Assembly: GCA_030704615.1 (NCBI GenBank)
Contig: CM060731.1
Span: forward strand, 1,302,001-1,366,000
Reading direction: 5' to 3'
DNA length: 64,000 nucleotides
DNA from: Takakia lepidozioides
Lineage: Eukaryota; Plantae; Bryophyta
Positions 13,776 through 26,444 of the stretch are shown here, piece by piece; the stretch's first letter is position 1; every line of letters begins with the position of its first letter. Below the pieces are notes generated by a model. It did no database searches, was not told where the DNA came from, and saw only the letters and a program-made list of their open reading frames with translations. The position numbers and the translations under genes are program-made.

Positions 13776-16700
13776 GAAAGTAGGAGACAAGGAAATGGAG
13801 GGGGAAGGCCCTGGAATACCCAATGTGTGCTTCTGGACCATCCAAAGGCTGGCGAATATCTGGCAGCCAAATCTGGTAAGTGACTGAAGCACACGGGGAT
13901 GTGGTGAAGAATCTATTTGGACACGGGAATCTGGACAGAAACAAATGGCAAACTTGGTGAAATAAAATTGCTGAAATTGCGGGAGAAGGGAAGATCAGAT
14001 TCGCATCAGTCATGGGAGATTTGTAATGGGTCAGTTAAATGATGGACAGCCTCCGTTCACAGCAGTGAGGCTGTGTAGAATGGTGGGCATGGCAACACAA
14101 TAAGATCTGAAGGCTTCTCTTTGTATATCTGCTCACAATGCAATAGTATAGATAGGTTCCAGACAACACAGCCTAGGCAATTTCTTCCCCCTTTTGATTA
14201 AAATGACAAGGGGGTTTGATACAAGGTTAAACCAAACGGGCATATAGAGAATAACTTAGTTCCGCACTTGTATTCAAATATTGAACTGTGAAGAACCATA
14301 TTAGCCAGGGTTCTTGTTATAATTTTTGTAAGTTAATGCCGCATCAGAATACCAGTCCTTTATGTACAGGTTTTTCTTGTAGGTTAAGCTGGACCTTGTG
14401 TTGCTCTTTGACAGCTCTAGTGCAAGTCGATTGATGCTCGTCCAGACATGACTCCTGGTACTGTGTTCTGCTTCATGGGTTTTAACATAACATCCTCAAA
14501 TTTCTGCAAAGTAGGCTTCTTATGGATATGTAATCGGTGGGCTGGGGTTTTCTCTAAACGTATTCTGTTATACCACATTGGGTGATAACCTCTTTTCTTT
14601 CCAGATTAAAGGCTGTGGGTGGTCACCACACCCACAGGTACAGGAAGCACTCTACCTCCTATAAAATGATCAAAAAAGCGTTTACAAGCAACGTCTGAGT
14701 TGAGTCTTAAATAACCCCTGGCAACATCAAAGTTCTTCCTAAGGAGCTAGCTCGCATAATGGTATTATATACTCCAAAGCTCTCGCAAATGGAACGTACT
14801 TAACTGTGGGAGCGCTATATTGCTCATACTGACCCAACTTGGAGGATTCTCAAGCACCCTGCTTTCAGCTTTCATTGGTTCGTCAACCTCCTGCTGATCT
14901 CTAGCCACTATCTCTGTCGTCTCTATCCCCAGGTTTATAACTCTCTGATGTCTCTATTGACCAGTACATGTATGTCTACAGGGCCCTGTTACTCTCTCTG
15001 TCCAGGCTGCCCTCCGTTCTTCCCGTAACTCTCCACTTTCCCCACCGGCTCACTTTTTCCTTTAGTGGATGGAGTGTATAACTTGTACTGCTTTACAAAA
15101 CTCCGGGCTTACTAGAAAACATACTTATACCCAGAGGATGGAACATGTTGGCATAAACTGGAAGATGCCTGCAGCAAGAAGAAATATATTTTGCAGGTCA
15201 TGATGGGCGCGGGGGTGCTGATCATATTGGTGTGCATACTCCAACTCGCACAAGATCATGGAGGAAGCAAGTCTCAGAAATTGCTAGAACGCAACAAGCT
15301 TCTGCAAAGATGGTTCAAGACGTGTCTTTGATAATCAACGTTACTGCTTTTGTGTTTGCTGGTGGGGCAATTCTCAAAGCCTCGAAACTACCACATGTCC
15401 AAAAAAAAACCTTCAGAATGGACGTGTGCTTCAAGGCAGGCTCAAGCCACCATTGATTATGCTACTACAGGGATGGAGCATGCAAAGTTTCCAGATTTGG
15501 GATTTTTGTATGCACGCAAAGAGATTGTGAATGAGGGATCTCTCTCTTCTTGTTTTCTTTTGCAGAAGCTAATCTAACACACACTACTGTTATCCCCCTA
15601 TATTGAAACTGAATTCCCATGAAAGACACATAACAAAGATAAATTCATGATGGCCCATAGCCAGCTCTACATCAACACTACCTACCCAAACACAACATCT
15701 AGCTAGCTTGGAAGCTCAACTTGTCAAACGGAACTCAGTGTTGTTTCACCAATCCTCTTGGTTCATGATCACTTGGGTCATTTTTGGACTCTCTAGAACA
15801 ACAAAATTATTTAGACCAACTTTTGTCTTTCCTTCTATTTAAATGACAAATTGTATCTTAAAATTTGGTAAGGATACAACATATTCATCCTCTTCTTCTG
15901 TTGCCATTTCCAGCAAAAGAGGAGTTGTTTTGAAAGAGTCACAATGTAGAGATCCTACTTAAGCTTTGTTTCTACCCATACATTGTGAACGGAATAGGTG
16001 TCCACTTGAAGGTGCCGAATAGTGGCAAAATTCCATGCCTTGGGTTAAATACCCTCTTTGGTCTTCATATTCTCTTAATGATCTTTCCATTGCACCTCTA
16101 TTAAAACTATATAATTTGGGTCCAACAAATATGTACCAAATGGAGAGTAGCATACACCAATAAGCAGGGCATACAAAACCGGGTACTCAACTTCCAATAG
16201 TGAAGATGACTACCAAACTTTTGCAAAACAAATCCAACATTTGTTATCGAGATGGTATCATTGTCTCACATTTTCTGACTTTGGCATATGTTACATTGTG
16301 AACTTGTAAGCTTGTAAGTATGCTCTTCCAGAAAACCACCCAATAACCATGGATGGAAAACATTCTCATGCAATTGCTATACCCATGGAGGGTTGAACTT
16401 CACATATTGATGCAAATCTATGAGTCTCCTTAAATAGTCTCCCCAAAAGAGATATCTTGATATAGTGGATGCTCTTTATCCGTATCTCTGTCCAAGATAC
16501 CATTTTTTCAACTTGTTGAACCGGTTATAAAAGTCATGAGCTTATGGATGACCGGCTCATCCATATGGCTCTAACCGGTCATCCATATGTATGTTTAATC
16601 TTTCATAAATGCGCAGCATTCAATATGTGCATATGTACCAAAAACTCATTATGACACAACCCTCCAACATATTTAATTTGGTTCAATGGCATGTCTTGGG

Positions 16701-16946
16701 ATTACTCATGCACTTAAGGTTTGACATTAATGACAATTTGGAGATTATCTTCCTCTTCAAACACAAAACCCTATGCTGTTTTTACAGGTACGCCTACCTT
16801 TTTTGGTGACAGGTTGTTTTTTTTTTCCTTCCATTGTAAGAGACAAGTTTGAGAAAATGTCTTTAAGAGAGGTTGAGAAATCTTTGACCTTTCACACAAC
16901 CATATCATATGAAATTAAAAATTAAAAATGATAAGAAGTGTGAACT

Positions 16947-17940
16947 TTAGTCCAAAATAAAAACCCTTTGGTATCTCATGTTACGCCACACTTGGAACAC
17001 CACCCTCCAATCCATATTCTTAAACTTGATCCCACATAATGACACTCGCATCAAAGCATCCAAAGTATCCAACTTCAAGCAAGATCGCAAATGGCTTTTG
17101 ATAGCATTTTGTTTTGAGAAACCCCTCTCACAAATTGGAGTATTTGTAGGAATCACAAGTGCGTTTTGCCAAAAGACGCATGAGGTGTGGCCAGTTAGTA
17201 TGTCATTCATTGGTGCCTCCACACAATCGTCAAGCCTCAAACGAGGATTTGTTATTCATGCCTCAAGGTAATTTCCACAAATTTAAGCAACTCAACCCTG
17301 CTTGCATCACGTTCAACCTCTGTCAATCCAAGTATCAAGATCAACCTCTCCAACCATTGCTCGGACATGTTAATACGAGCGTCTCTTCGATAATACTTTG
17401 GACTGAAGAGCTTTGATGCATTCAAAAATGGAATGTCAAGAAATCTCTCATTCAAGCTATCCACAACCGCTTACACATACTCAGCTCCCATTACCTTGCA
17501 TTCTTGAAATGTGTCCTCTCGATCAAAAATCCATTTGTGATGCATAAGATGATATGTTTCGTCAAGGCCATTGTCTCCCCTCCATCTTAAGGCACCATCA
17601 ACCCAAGCTCCAGACAAAAATGGTCCCATATGTTTTGTTAGACGTCCAAAGTTGGGACCATGACCACAGAGAAAATGTCTCCTCAACCATGTCATATTGA
17701 AATTTCTGATCAACTTATTCAACTCTGCTAAAATATCAACCACAACTTGAAACATGAATTAGGTGATAGCTTGTCGATACCAATAAACCTCCGTCACTTG
17801 AAAAGCATCCAATGTGACTGGCATATAACACAAAATTCGCTCCAACACTTGACCTAATTGAAAGCCATCTGATTGAGTGAAACTGTAGGATGGTTGGTGG
17901 CTCCAAATCAAATGATTCCATGAGGCCTTTGAGTTCTTTC
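16947..17940 (-). pseudogene. Degenerate hAT transposase 3' half (ZNF862-like), interrupted by a second hAT
   Basis: Fragments LQFHSIRWLS, MDSLNERF and IPTNTPICERGFSKQNAIKSHLRSCLKLDTLDALMRVS (hAT C-terminal dimerisation motif), with several frameshifts. Confidence 0.8.
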
Positions 17941-17953
17941 CATCGGTTATAAC

Positions 17954-20900
17954 CAGTGTTGGGCGGTTTTCTGGTTTGGGTGAAAGAACCGCCGGTTCCA
18001 AATCCGGGTATATACCCCCTTAACCTCGGGTATTAAAATTCCAAATACCCTAGTCAAGATTGAACCGGCGGACACCACAATCTAGTTACTCGTGAACTTC
18101 ACCGAACCAGAGGTTATCTTATAGCTACTTTTCATAAGAACCTGACATAAGTGTTGGAATGAGAAGGGAGGGTAAGGGTAACTGCACCCAACACATACCC
18201 TGGGTATAAGGCGGTTATCTAGGGTTAGCGTGGCAGCCTCGAGGAGGCTAGAAGAGTATGTCATGGAGAACTACCGGATGGCGGCTGCAAACTTTGATGG
18301 GTTATCTAGTATCTTTCATGGTTCAGATTTCAGATCTTGCAAATATTGGGTAGTTGAGACCGTGCAATCTCTCAGGTGTTCTTCATCAACCATTGTGATT
18401 TTGCTTGGAAGTAGATCAAAATGGATAATTTTGAACTCTGAACTCTGAAACTTGTTTGTATTTTGAGGGAAGATCATATTGTAGGTGGTGTAAGAGTTGA
18501 ATCTGTGTGAGCAATGTTTTTGCTTTGTGGCATAAGGGTCTGATGGACACTATTAATGCAACTATGCCAATTGCTTCAGTTGAAGCTAATCTTTTTGGTG
18601 CACCCGAGTCTTCAGGTAGTGTGAGTACCGGACATGCGAGCGTTCTTGGCGGCGAGGGTTTCGATGGCCATCACATAAGGCCTCCAGATCGAGATGAACC
18701 TATTGCCAACATTGAACAGTAGAAACAACTTCAACTATTGCACAAACAAGGGCTATGGTGGAAGCCATACAACCGCACCTCACCAACCTGGGCATTTTAT
18801 ACTTTGAACGATGCGAGTGTTGCTGTGAATGCTAGCATAGAATAGGTAATGCATTGCATTCTCTGCTACCAAGCAACAGTAGGCCCTGCCATACTTGCAA
18901 TGCACACTAGATCCAAGAAAGGGTTTATCGCATATAAGAAAGACAATGGAACCAGTGCCTTGATTAAACATGTGAAGAGAGAGCACCATGAAGTCTCCAA
19001 AATCTATGAGGATGAGTGTAATAGCAAGGTGAGAGATCCACTTGAGCGCCAACCAGCCAAGAAAAGGCCATGAGTCATCCCTTCTGCTGTTAGTGAACTT
19101 TTCAGTGTAGGAGAGTCCTTCAAAAAGGATAACCCACAGCAAAAGAATTTCATGAAAGATCTTCTGTTTGTCATTAAGTCCCACATGCCCCTTCGGATTG
19201 TAGAGAGTATATGGTTGCAGACAATGTGTCTCCGAGTGTGCCCCCGAGTTGTCTTCCCATATCGGAGAGTTTTCAGATGTTGCCCAATTTGGTAGAGAAA
19301 ACCCGAGAGTTATATGTTATGCCTACATTGTCATCATTCATTTCAGCCACTGCAGCTACTTTGCAGCTGTCAGGTTGATAGAGCTGCCAGCTAGGCCAGT
19401 CATTGAGCGCGCCATGGTGACACCTGGAGTTGTCATGTTAGACAACCAGGATGGCATTTTCTGTTTGAGTGGACCGGCAGGCGATGTCCAAAGCCTGTCA
19501 TGATGTGTTTGCACTTGTCGTGCGCATACATATCGCTACACACTTGTTGTGAACTTCCTTACCTTTGATTGGGAACCCAAGCATACCACAGTTGGTTTAT
19601 TTGAAGCTGACGACACTACAGGGGCTGCCATGGCAATCAAGTTACATGAGCTCCTTGAGAAGTTCTCTTTGACCCGCCAAATTGTTTCATTTGTGAAGGA
19701 TGAGGGTGCAAACCTAAATACCATGACATAGGCTTTGATGTCTATCGCGACCTGTGAAAATCTAGGGTTGATTACCCCATTTTAGGGCTCCTGCACTTTG
19801 TATATGCAATGTCTAAAGCTTGTCAGTATGCTATACATGACGATAAAATTTGCAGAGGCATGTCATTTATTTCGATAAAGCAAGCACAAGCGAAGATTCG
19901 AAAATGCATTATCTAGCCAAAGAAATTTGGTAAAGGTCATAGAGAATGGCAGAAGGCTTGTGAAGACTCAGGGATCAAACCGCGCAAATTAAATACATGA
20001 AAAGACAAGGTAGTACACTCAACTAGGGCATTTCATGATTTGTACTATATATTTGATATTTTCTGTTTTTTGTTAAAGTGCATCATGGAACACTACAATA
20101 AGATTTTTTCTTTCCTATTGGAGTCTAATCTGTACATTTTTTGTCTATCAAATATTTTAGTTGTGCACTGGAAATGTGTACTATTGAAGTTATAGGGGTC
20201 GTGCATCTCTGGGACAGGTTTGCGAGCAGGGTGATATTATTTGAGGAAGCTTGGAAATTCCGATCGGCTATCAATACTTGCTATGAGAGACAGTCATTTG
20301 CACTTCAAGCCCGGGTACCTTCAGCAAAAACATGGGTTGTGGCCCAAGTGATTGTAAATGCTCTCTCACCTGTTGTCACAAATTGTGTGTTGAACCAATC
20401 CCGAGGGCACTGACTAATCACAGATGCTTTGAATTCCACGACCTGACTTTGTACTTAAAATTCAGAGAGGTTGTTTTGAGTGCAACTAATTATAGCACCG
20501 TCTCACAAGATCGACCTGGATGGCGATTAGCCATACGTTGCAGCTGACCCCACCATCTGATTTTGAATTCATTGCGTCTGGAGCTTAAGGGAGGATTGCC
20601 AAACCCACGAACAGCCACATTAGTTGTTTTGGAGCATGATGACATGCACTTCTTGAGCACCCCGACTTGGATGGATTGTAGAAGAATATGACAGGAAGTC
20701 TTTGATGCCTCTGTTATTGAATTGTGCAATGCAGCTATCTTCACCTGACGCAGATACAACCACTCCTGAATCTCTGCAAGCAAACATTAACCTTGATCTT
20801 TTTTAGACTACCCCAAGTTGTTCAGAAACCAGAGAAGAGCATTTGAAGATAGAACTATGTTGATATTGAGAAGGTGACATGTCCGTTGTTGTGTGGCGAA

Positions 20901-21000
20901 CACATGAGGCCATGTTTCCTTCAGTAGGGCTTCTTGCTCGGCAGATTCTAGGAATTGTAGGAAGTCAAATAGAGACTGAGAGGATTTTTTCACTTGCAAG
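17954..21000 (+). mobile_element. Decayed hAT transposon with BED-finger transposase pseudogene (3' end not found)
   Basis: 5' terminus CAGTGTTGGGCGG at 17954 with subterminal AACCG/CGGTT motifs. Coding remnants are HCILCY...NGTSALIKHVKREH (BED), VNFLTFDWEPKHTTVGLFEADDTTG...VKDEGANL, RFASRVILFEEA and LARQILGIVGSQIETERIFSLA, with many stops and frameshifts. Confidence 0.85.
20520..20690 (-). mobile_element. LINE ORF2 fragment (same family as 58558-59706)
   Basis: Translates IQVGVLKKCMS...PPLSSRRNEFKIRWWGQLQRM, closely similar to the 58870-59020 region. Confidence 0.7.
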
Positions 21001-23025
21001 ACAGCAACAAGGGATAATCTAGACAGGTGGGGGTGCATCAAGTGCAACCCCAGCCAAGAAGGAACAAGGATCGAATGATCTTTGTAAATAAAAAAGTTCA
21101 TCCATGTGGATGAACCGTGCAATTTTGTCACTAACTACATCATATAGGTGGTCAAAAAAATTCAGGTCATTCCACCGTTGGAATGAGCAGATTGTAATGT
21201 GGGAGTGACCTCCCATTTCTAGGCTCATACAAAAACTCATGGAAAAACTTGGTTTGACCACCAATTTTTTCCATGTTCTAGTCGTGGTTCCCCTCCAACT
21301 TTTGACCAATTGCTGCCTACCAAGTGTAAGATATTGTGTCCAAATTTTAACATGTAATGACCTATTTTCATTAATGCCCCTTTATATGTAACTGCTTTAG
21401 GGGCTTCTATGGGTAAAAAGAATGTCAAGATTCAAGCGAAAATTTTGCATGAAAAGAAAAAATTCAACGGTGAGTAGATGACAGGTAAGAATACGGAGAC
21501 AATCCACCACTTCACACTTGAAATTTCTAAGTTTGGCTCAGTGGATGTAGCATAGAGTGAATTGTCATGTGTCCTATCCCCACGCGTTCATTGGTCCACG
21601 TCATGTAATCAACACCCTCAAAACTTGAACACCATAGAAAATATGCACCTTTTCACACATGTCCAAAATTCTAGGGGGCGCTGTAGTAATCCAAATGGCA
21701 AGGGATTTGGTGCATTCAATAGCTGACAGTGTAAGCTATAACTTTTCTTTGGGGCCCACCTCCACAGATACCATCCTCACCATGTTCCAACTAAGTGAAA
21801 AAACAAGGCTACCCGAAATCTGTCACATCATCCTTTAGGGGTAAAGAAAGATTTTAAGAAAGAAATGTATTTGAACCATCTCCAACATGTTATTAATGAA
21901 CATCAAACTTTGTAAGAAATAAGCCATGTTTTTTCGTCATAATGTTTTGGACGTATGTGCGTACTCCAATAATATAAGATAAACTGTAAAATATTGAAAA
22001 TATAATTTTACAATCTTAATCTTAGTTGATGTTAATAAATATAAGAAAGTTACAGTTTGATGGACTATGAGTCTAGAAAAACCTAAAGGGACCTAATATC
22101 GGAAAAAAAAAAAATTGAGGTTGTGGAAAGTGGCGGGAAAAATATGATATTAGTGGACTTCAAATGTTGAAACAAACTGTAATAGAGTCAAAAGACAACT
22201 TGGTTTTTAGGGAGGTTCACACCAATGGGGTGTAGATATCAAATAAATCATTGGACCTTTGATATTTTGAAAAATCCTTAAATATGTGTAGTAACTATCA
22301 TAATCTGCGTCACTGAACAGTCACAAATTCTTTTCCAAGATCGACCCAGACATTTCAAACCCATAAATTTCATTGCTTTCATTACAAAGATGGCTAGGGA
22401 TTTGCAAGTCTTTAGATAGAATATAAACGCAAAATATTTTGACAAGATCGGAAGTGAAGGTTGTTCAATATTGCAGTTCATCAACACGGGCATAAATATG
22501 AAGCATACCTTTTGCACGAGAAGGTTTATTAGGTGTAGAAAGATCAAATCTTTACTATATTTCTATTATTGTGTTTAAATGTTGTCTTAACAGTTAAGTT
22601 GCAATAGACAACACAGCATCTTTGAGCATTTAAACATCTTTGAGAAATAAATAAAAATAAAGAATGATCGGTACAAATAAAGAACAGTGCTAACCAATAG
22701 AGAGAAAGAACAGATATACATGAACTTAAACTTAAAATTAAATATTATTCCGTTGGAAACATATCTTATTATTATTAAAACTTAATAATCAATAAATAAT
22801 AATATCATATAATCTATTACAAATGCAAAGGGATTCTGACAAGGCTTCATCAAGCGAGGTGTATTCTCGCGTGCATATGTTATTCTTAGGGAAGTTAAAT
22901 AAGGACTTACATCTCTTTGACACTAATGTGTGTTTCCTCTTTAGTGAGGAGCCAACAATAAAATAAGTAAGAACAAAAATTTGGATAGTTTTTTTTAAAT
23001 TTATTGCATGTCAAAAGAGGGTTAG

Positions 23026-23955
23026 CCCTTAACTGCCTAGGTTCAATTTTTTTTAATGCCATGATTTCGCTACCCCAGCCCTCTAATTCCCTTCTAATTC
23101 ACCTTATCAATCTACCAATATTCATTCATGAGAATGAACCTTACGTTTAGATGTATACCTAATACGTGCACCTCTACACCAAATGTGAGAGAAATCCACC
23201 ACGGATTATACAAGATTATAATGATCTTGGTAGGACAAAATCATTTTCACAAAGATTTTTTGCTTTGACCATGCAATGGTGCATGCATTATGATTTTTTC
23301 TTTGCATCAAACCTTAGTATTCCTATTCTTGGGTAGGCAATCCTTGAACACTCCAAATTCCGAACACGCCAAAACTAAGCTATCTACAAGGTGGCTCCTT
23401 TGTAGCTGAATTGAGAGGGGTTCCAAACACCTACATATTCGAAAGGTTGAAAATAGAGACCTCCAAGCACACAAAACACATAAATGTTGTGAGTTTAAGA
23501 AATTCCTTTGGTGAGACGTTTGCAATGTGGCAAAGAATGCAATGTGCCAAGAAATATATGAAGTTGAAGCGAAAAACAAGTGTAGATCATCATTTATGTT
23601 GAAAATAAAACATGTCTGAAACTGGTGGATTTCTTGCCACCTCAGGCTAGCTTTGAAGGGTCATGTTACCCATATACCCCAACAATTCATGGGTGCCTGC
23701 AACGTCAACCCCTAATTGGGTGGCCTGCAGAGCCCATGAGGTGGACTGCCATACGGCCCCACATAGTCCCACCGTGGACTTTGCATTGTAGGGGGGCACG
23801 CTACTTGCTAGGTCGATGGTAAACTCGATGGTTGGGGCAAATCTAGGACCCCACCATTTTCTAAAAATCCTACAAGCCGGAGCTTTAAGGTTATTTCCTA
23901 CGAATTTGGATGATATATGGTGCAACCCGTTTCGGGTCGCATAGGCAGTTAAAGG
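23026..23955. mobile_element. piggyBac-like non-autonomous element
   Basis: TIRs CCCTTAACTGCCTA / TAGGCAGTTAAAGG (13/14 match), flanked by TTAG (23022-23025) and TTAA (23956-23959). No transposase ORF inside. Confidence 0.65.
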
Positions 23956-24241
23956 TTAACGCCATTTAAATGCAATCAGAAATTATTTTTGAAGATTCTT
24001 TTATTTTTTTGGTTCAAAATATGGTTTGTAGCACAACTTATCACTAAACATTTATTTCTACATATCTATATTATATTTTTATTTCATTTCATTTTAAGTG
24101 GCTATTATAGATTCGGGGTCAGGTATTAACTATTAACATGTCACAATCACATACTCGCGTATTTCACACACTTAGGCCCTGCCATTTACATAGATAAAAC
24201 ATAAATTTACAATTTCTATATTACATCTGACTGGTTTAAAC

Positions 24242-24748
24242 CAGTGTCGTACCGGTATATAGGGTATTGTCTGGTATGTGCACATGTATATGCACTGGTA
24301 TTAGATACCAGACCAATCTGGTATCATTTGGGAGAATACTTGGTCATATATTAGGAACAGGCTAGTATCAGTTTTTTCATACCAGCCACAATATCAGTAC
24401 ACCCCCCCCCCCCCCCCCGGCGTCTTCCTCATTTAGTCTGGTATGAATACTATACTAATTTATGTGTACATATGCCTACAAATCTTATTTACTTTTTATT
24501 GTATTATATTTGTTTTCACTTGATACTTGCTATTTGATAAACTTGTTATTCAATGATGGCTTTGGAATGATACCAGAATTGATATATCATACCAGCTGGT
24601 ATTGTGGTCATGATACTCATACTCATACCAGTATCTAGAAAAAAATACATCTATTATTATATAGACCAGACTGGTATGAAAGTTTTGCGATATGTCTGGT
24701 ACCAGGACCAGTCTGATATGTCGTAAAACTGATACCAGTACAACACTG
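24242..24748. mobile_element. Second copy of the 7805-8311 hAT MITE, opposite orientation
   Basis: Termini CAGTGTCGTACCGGTAT / ATACCAGTACAACACTG. The interior is the reverse complement of the 7.8-kb copy (e.g. ataccagctggtattgtggtcatgata). Degenerate TSD GTTTAAAC / GTTTAACT. Confidence 0.88.
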
Positions 24749-25027
24749 GTTTAACTTTAATATTTAATATAAGATCGTGAATGATGGGATATCCGTTATT
24801 TATAATGATGATTTTATGTAAATCTATGAAATTATTTGTCAAAATTGTCATCTAATCCATGGATTTACATCCATCCATAATTAATGTTGGATCCATTGGA
24901 GATTCATTTACAAAGTTCATCTCATATTATCCACATTCATCCATATATGGAACTCACAAAGATCATAAAAGAGTACAACAAACATGTGCCCAACGGGGAC
25001 CCACTCAAGATATAAGGTCTTTAGATA

Positions 25028-26444
25028 CAGTCGGACCTCGCTAAGTGTTTGGGGTTGGGAGTAGGAAAATACATAACAGAAATAGAGTATTAACAGTTTA
25101 AGAGTTAGGAAGTTTCCCCCGACAATCTTTAACACTTACAAAATTAACACATGAAATATCAGGTCATTAAAATTAACACTTAAAAAAATAAATTGATCGA
25201 TCAGCTAGCGTTGCGGTGAGTGAGTCAACGCACACCTGACTAAGATGGCCTGACATCAATCTATGCATGCTGGAAGAATGAATCTAACCTGGTTTGATGA
25301 GATTCTCCTACTCGCCAATTTTCCAGTTTCTTTTCAAATGCACGGACAGTACTTTTGATAAATGGCATGACTTCATTGGGCGTTTGCTCCAGGAATTGCT
25401 TCAAAACCTCAAATGCACTAAGAGCATCTTTGAAACTCACAGTTTCTACTACATGATCACCAATAGAGTCATTGTTATGATGAACCTTCATAACCAACAA
25501 ATCTTTTTGTTTTAATAACCTCGAGATAGTCATCTCAGAAGCTGACGTATGAAACGTTGAATTTGCCCAAGCTATCAATGCATGGTTAGTGATTATCTAA
25601 CCGCTTGACAATAATGTCTCATGATATTCGAGAATTTCTCGTTTCTGTACCAGCGTGAATTCAGATGGCTTCCCCATAGTATATTGCTCAAACATAAACT
25701 TAAATGATACTAAACAACTACTTCCTAAAAATCTAGATTCAGGATCGGTCACCTCACAACTAGACTAGAGCCAAAACTCAATATGATGAGACTATCATAA
25801 CTAGATCATTGCTACAGATTGATTGTAATCTTGCAGGAATAGAAACGAGCAAGCAAACTTTGAATTTCAAGTAGCATTTACAATGTGACCTCTTTTTTCT
25901 GATAGCAAAATCTAATCCAAGAGAAGACCGAAGATGAAGTTTACATGTGCATTTGGGATGTGCATTTGATAACCACCTCCAAGCAGTACAATTGATACAC
26001 GTACAGTTCTCACATGTGTGTGCTTTAACCTCAAATAGATTTAAGGTTTTATGCATGGTGTGGAGACTCCTCACTGATCGCAGTTCACGTCGTTGGTTTT
26101 GAGTAAAAGTTGCGTTTGTGGAAGTGGTCATTAGGAACTAATGAAGGTATGGTCAGGATTGGTTGGTGATTTTAGTAAACAAATTGTAATCACATCCAAA
26201 GGATTTGTTTTAGATCAGCTGATATAGATTATTGTTGGCTACTTTCATGAAAGCTTTATCATGATCCTAATCCATTATCCTCATCCTTAACACTAACATG
26301 GGTCATTTTTATGAAGAAGGGAGTAAAACTTTTCTAGCACTGAAACACTTAACACTTCCTAGTGTATTTTCTGAGGGAATAGAAGTTTCCATAACACTTA
26401 TGGGTTTAACACTTATAGAGGTAACACTTAGCCAGGTCCGACTG
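25028..26444 (-). mobile_element. pogo/Tigger-like (Tc1-mariner) internally deleted element
   Basis: 22-bp TIRs CAGTCGGACCTCGCTAAGTGTT / AACACTTAGCCAGGTCCGACTG (21/22 match) with TA TSDs. The minus-strand remnant 25261-25677 has a CENP-B-type HTH-like N-terminus (FTLVQKREILEY...LIAWANSTF...TISRLLKQK) joined to a pogo-type C-terminus (DALSAFEVLKQFLE...QTRLDSFF). The DDE core is missing and there is one in-frame stop. Confidence 0.85.

Noticed and set aside
14690-15140. Possible LINE remnant (TKLRAY-like motif)
   Set aside because: Too degenerate to support from the sequence alone.
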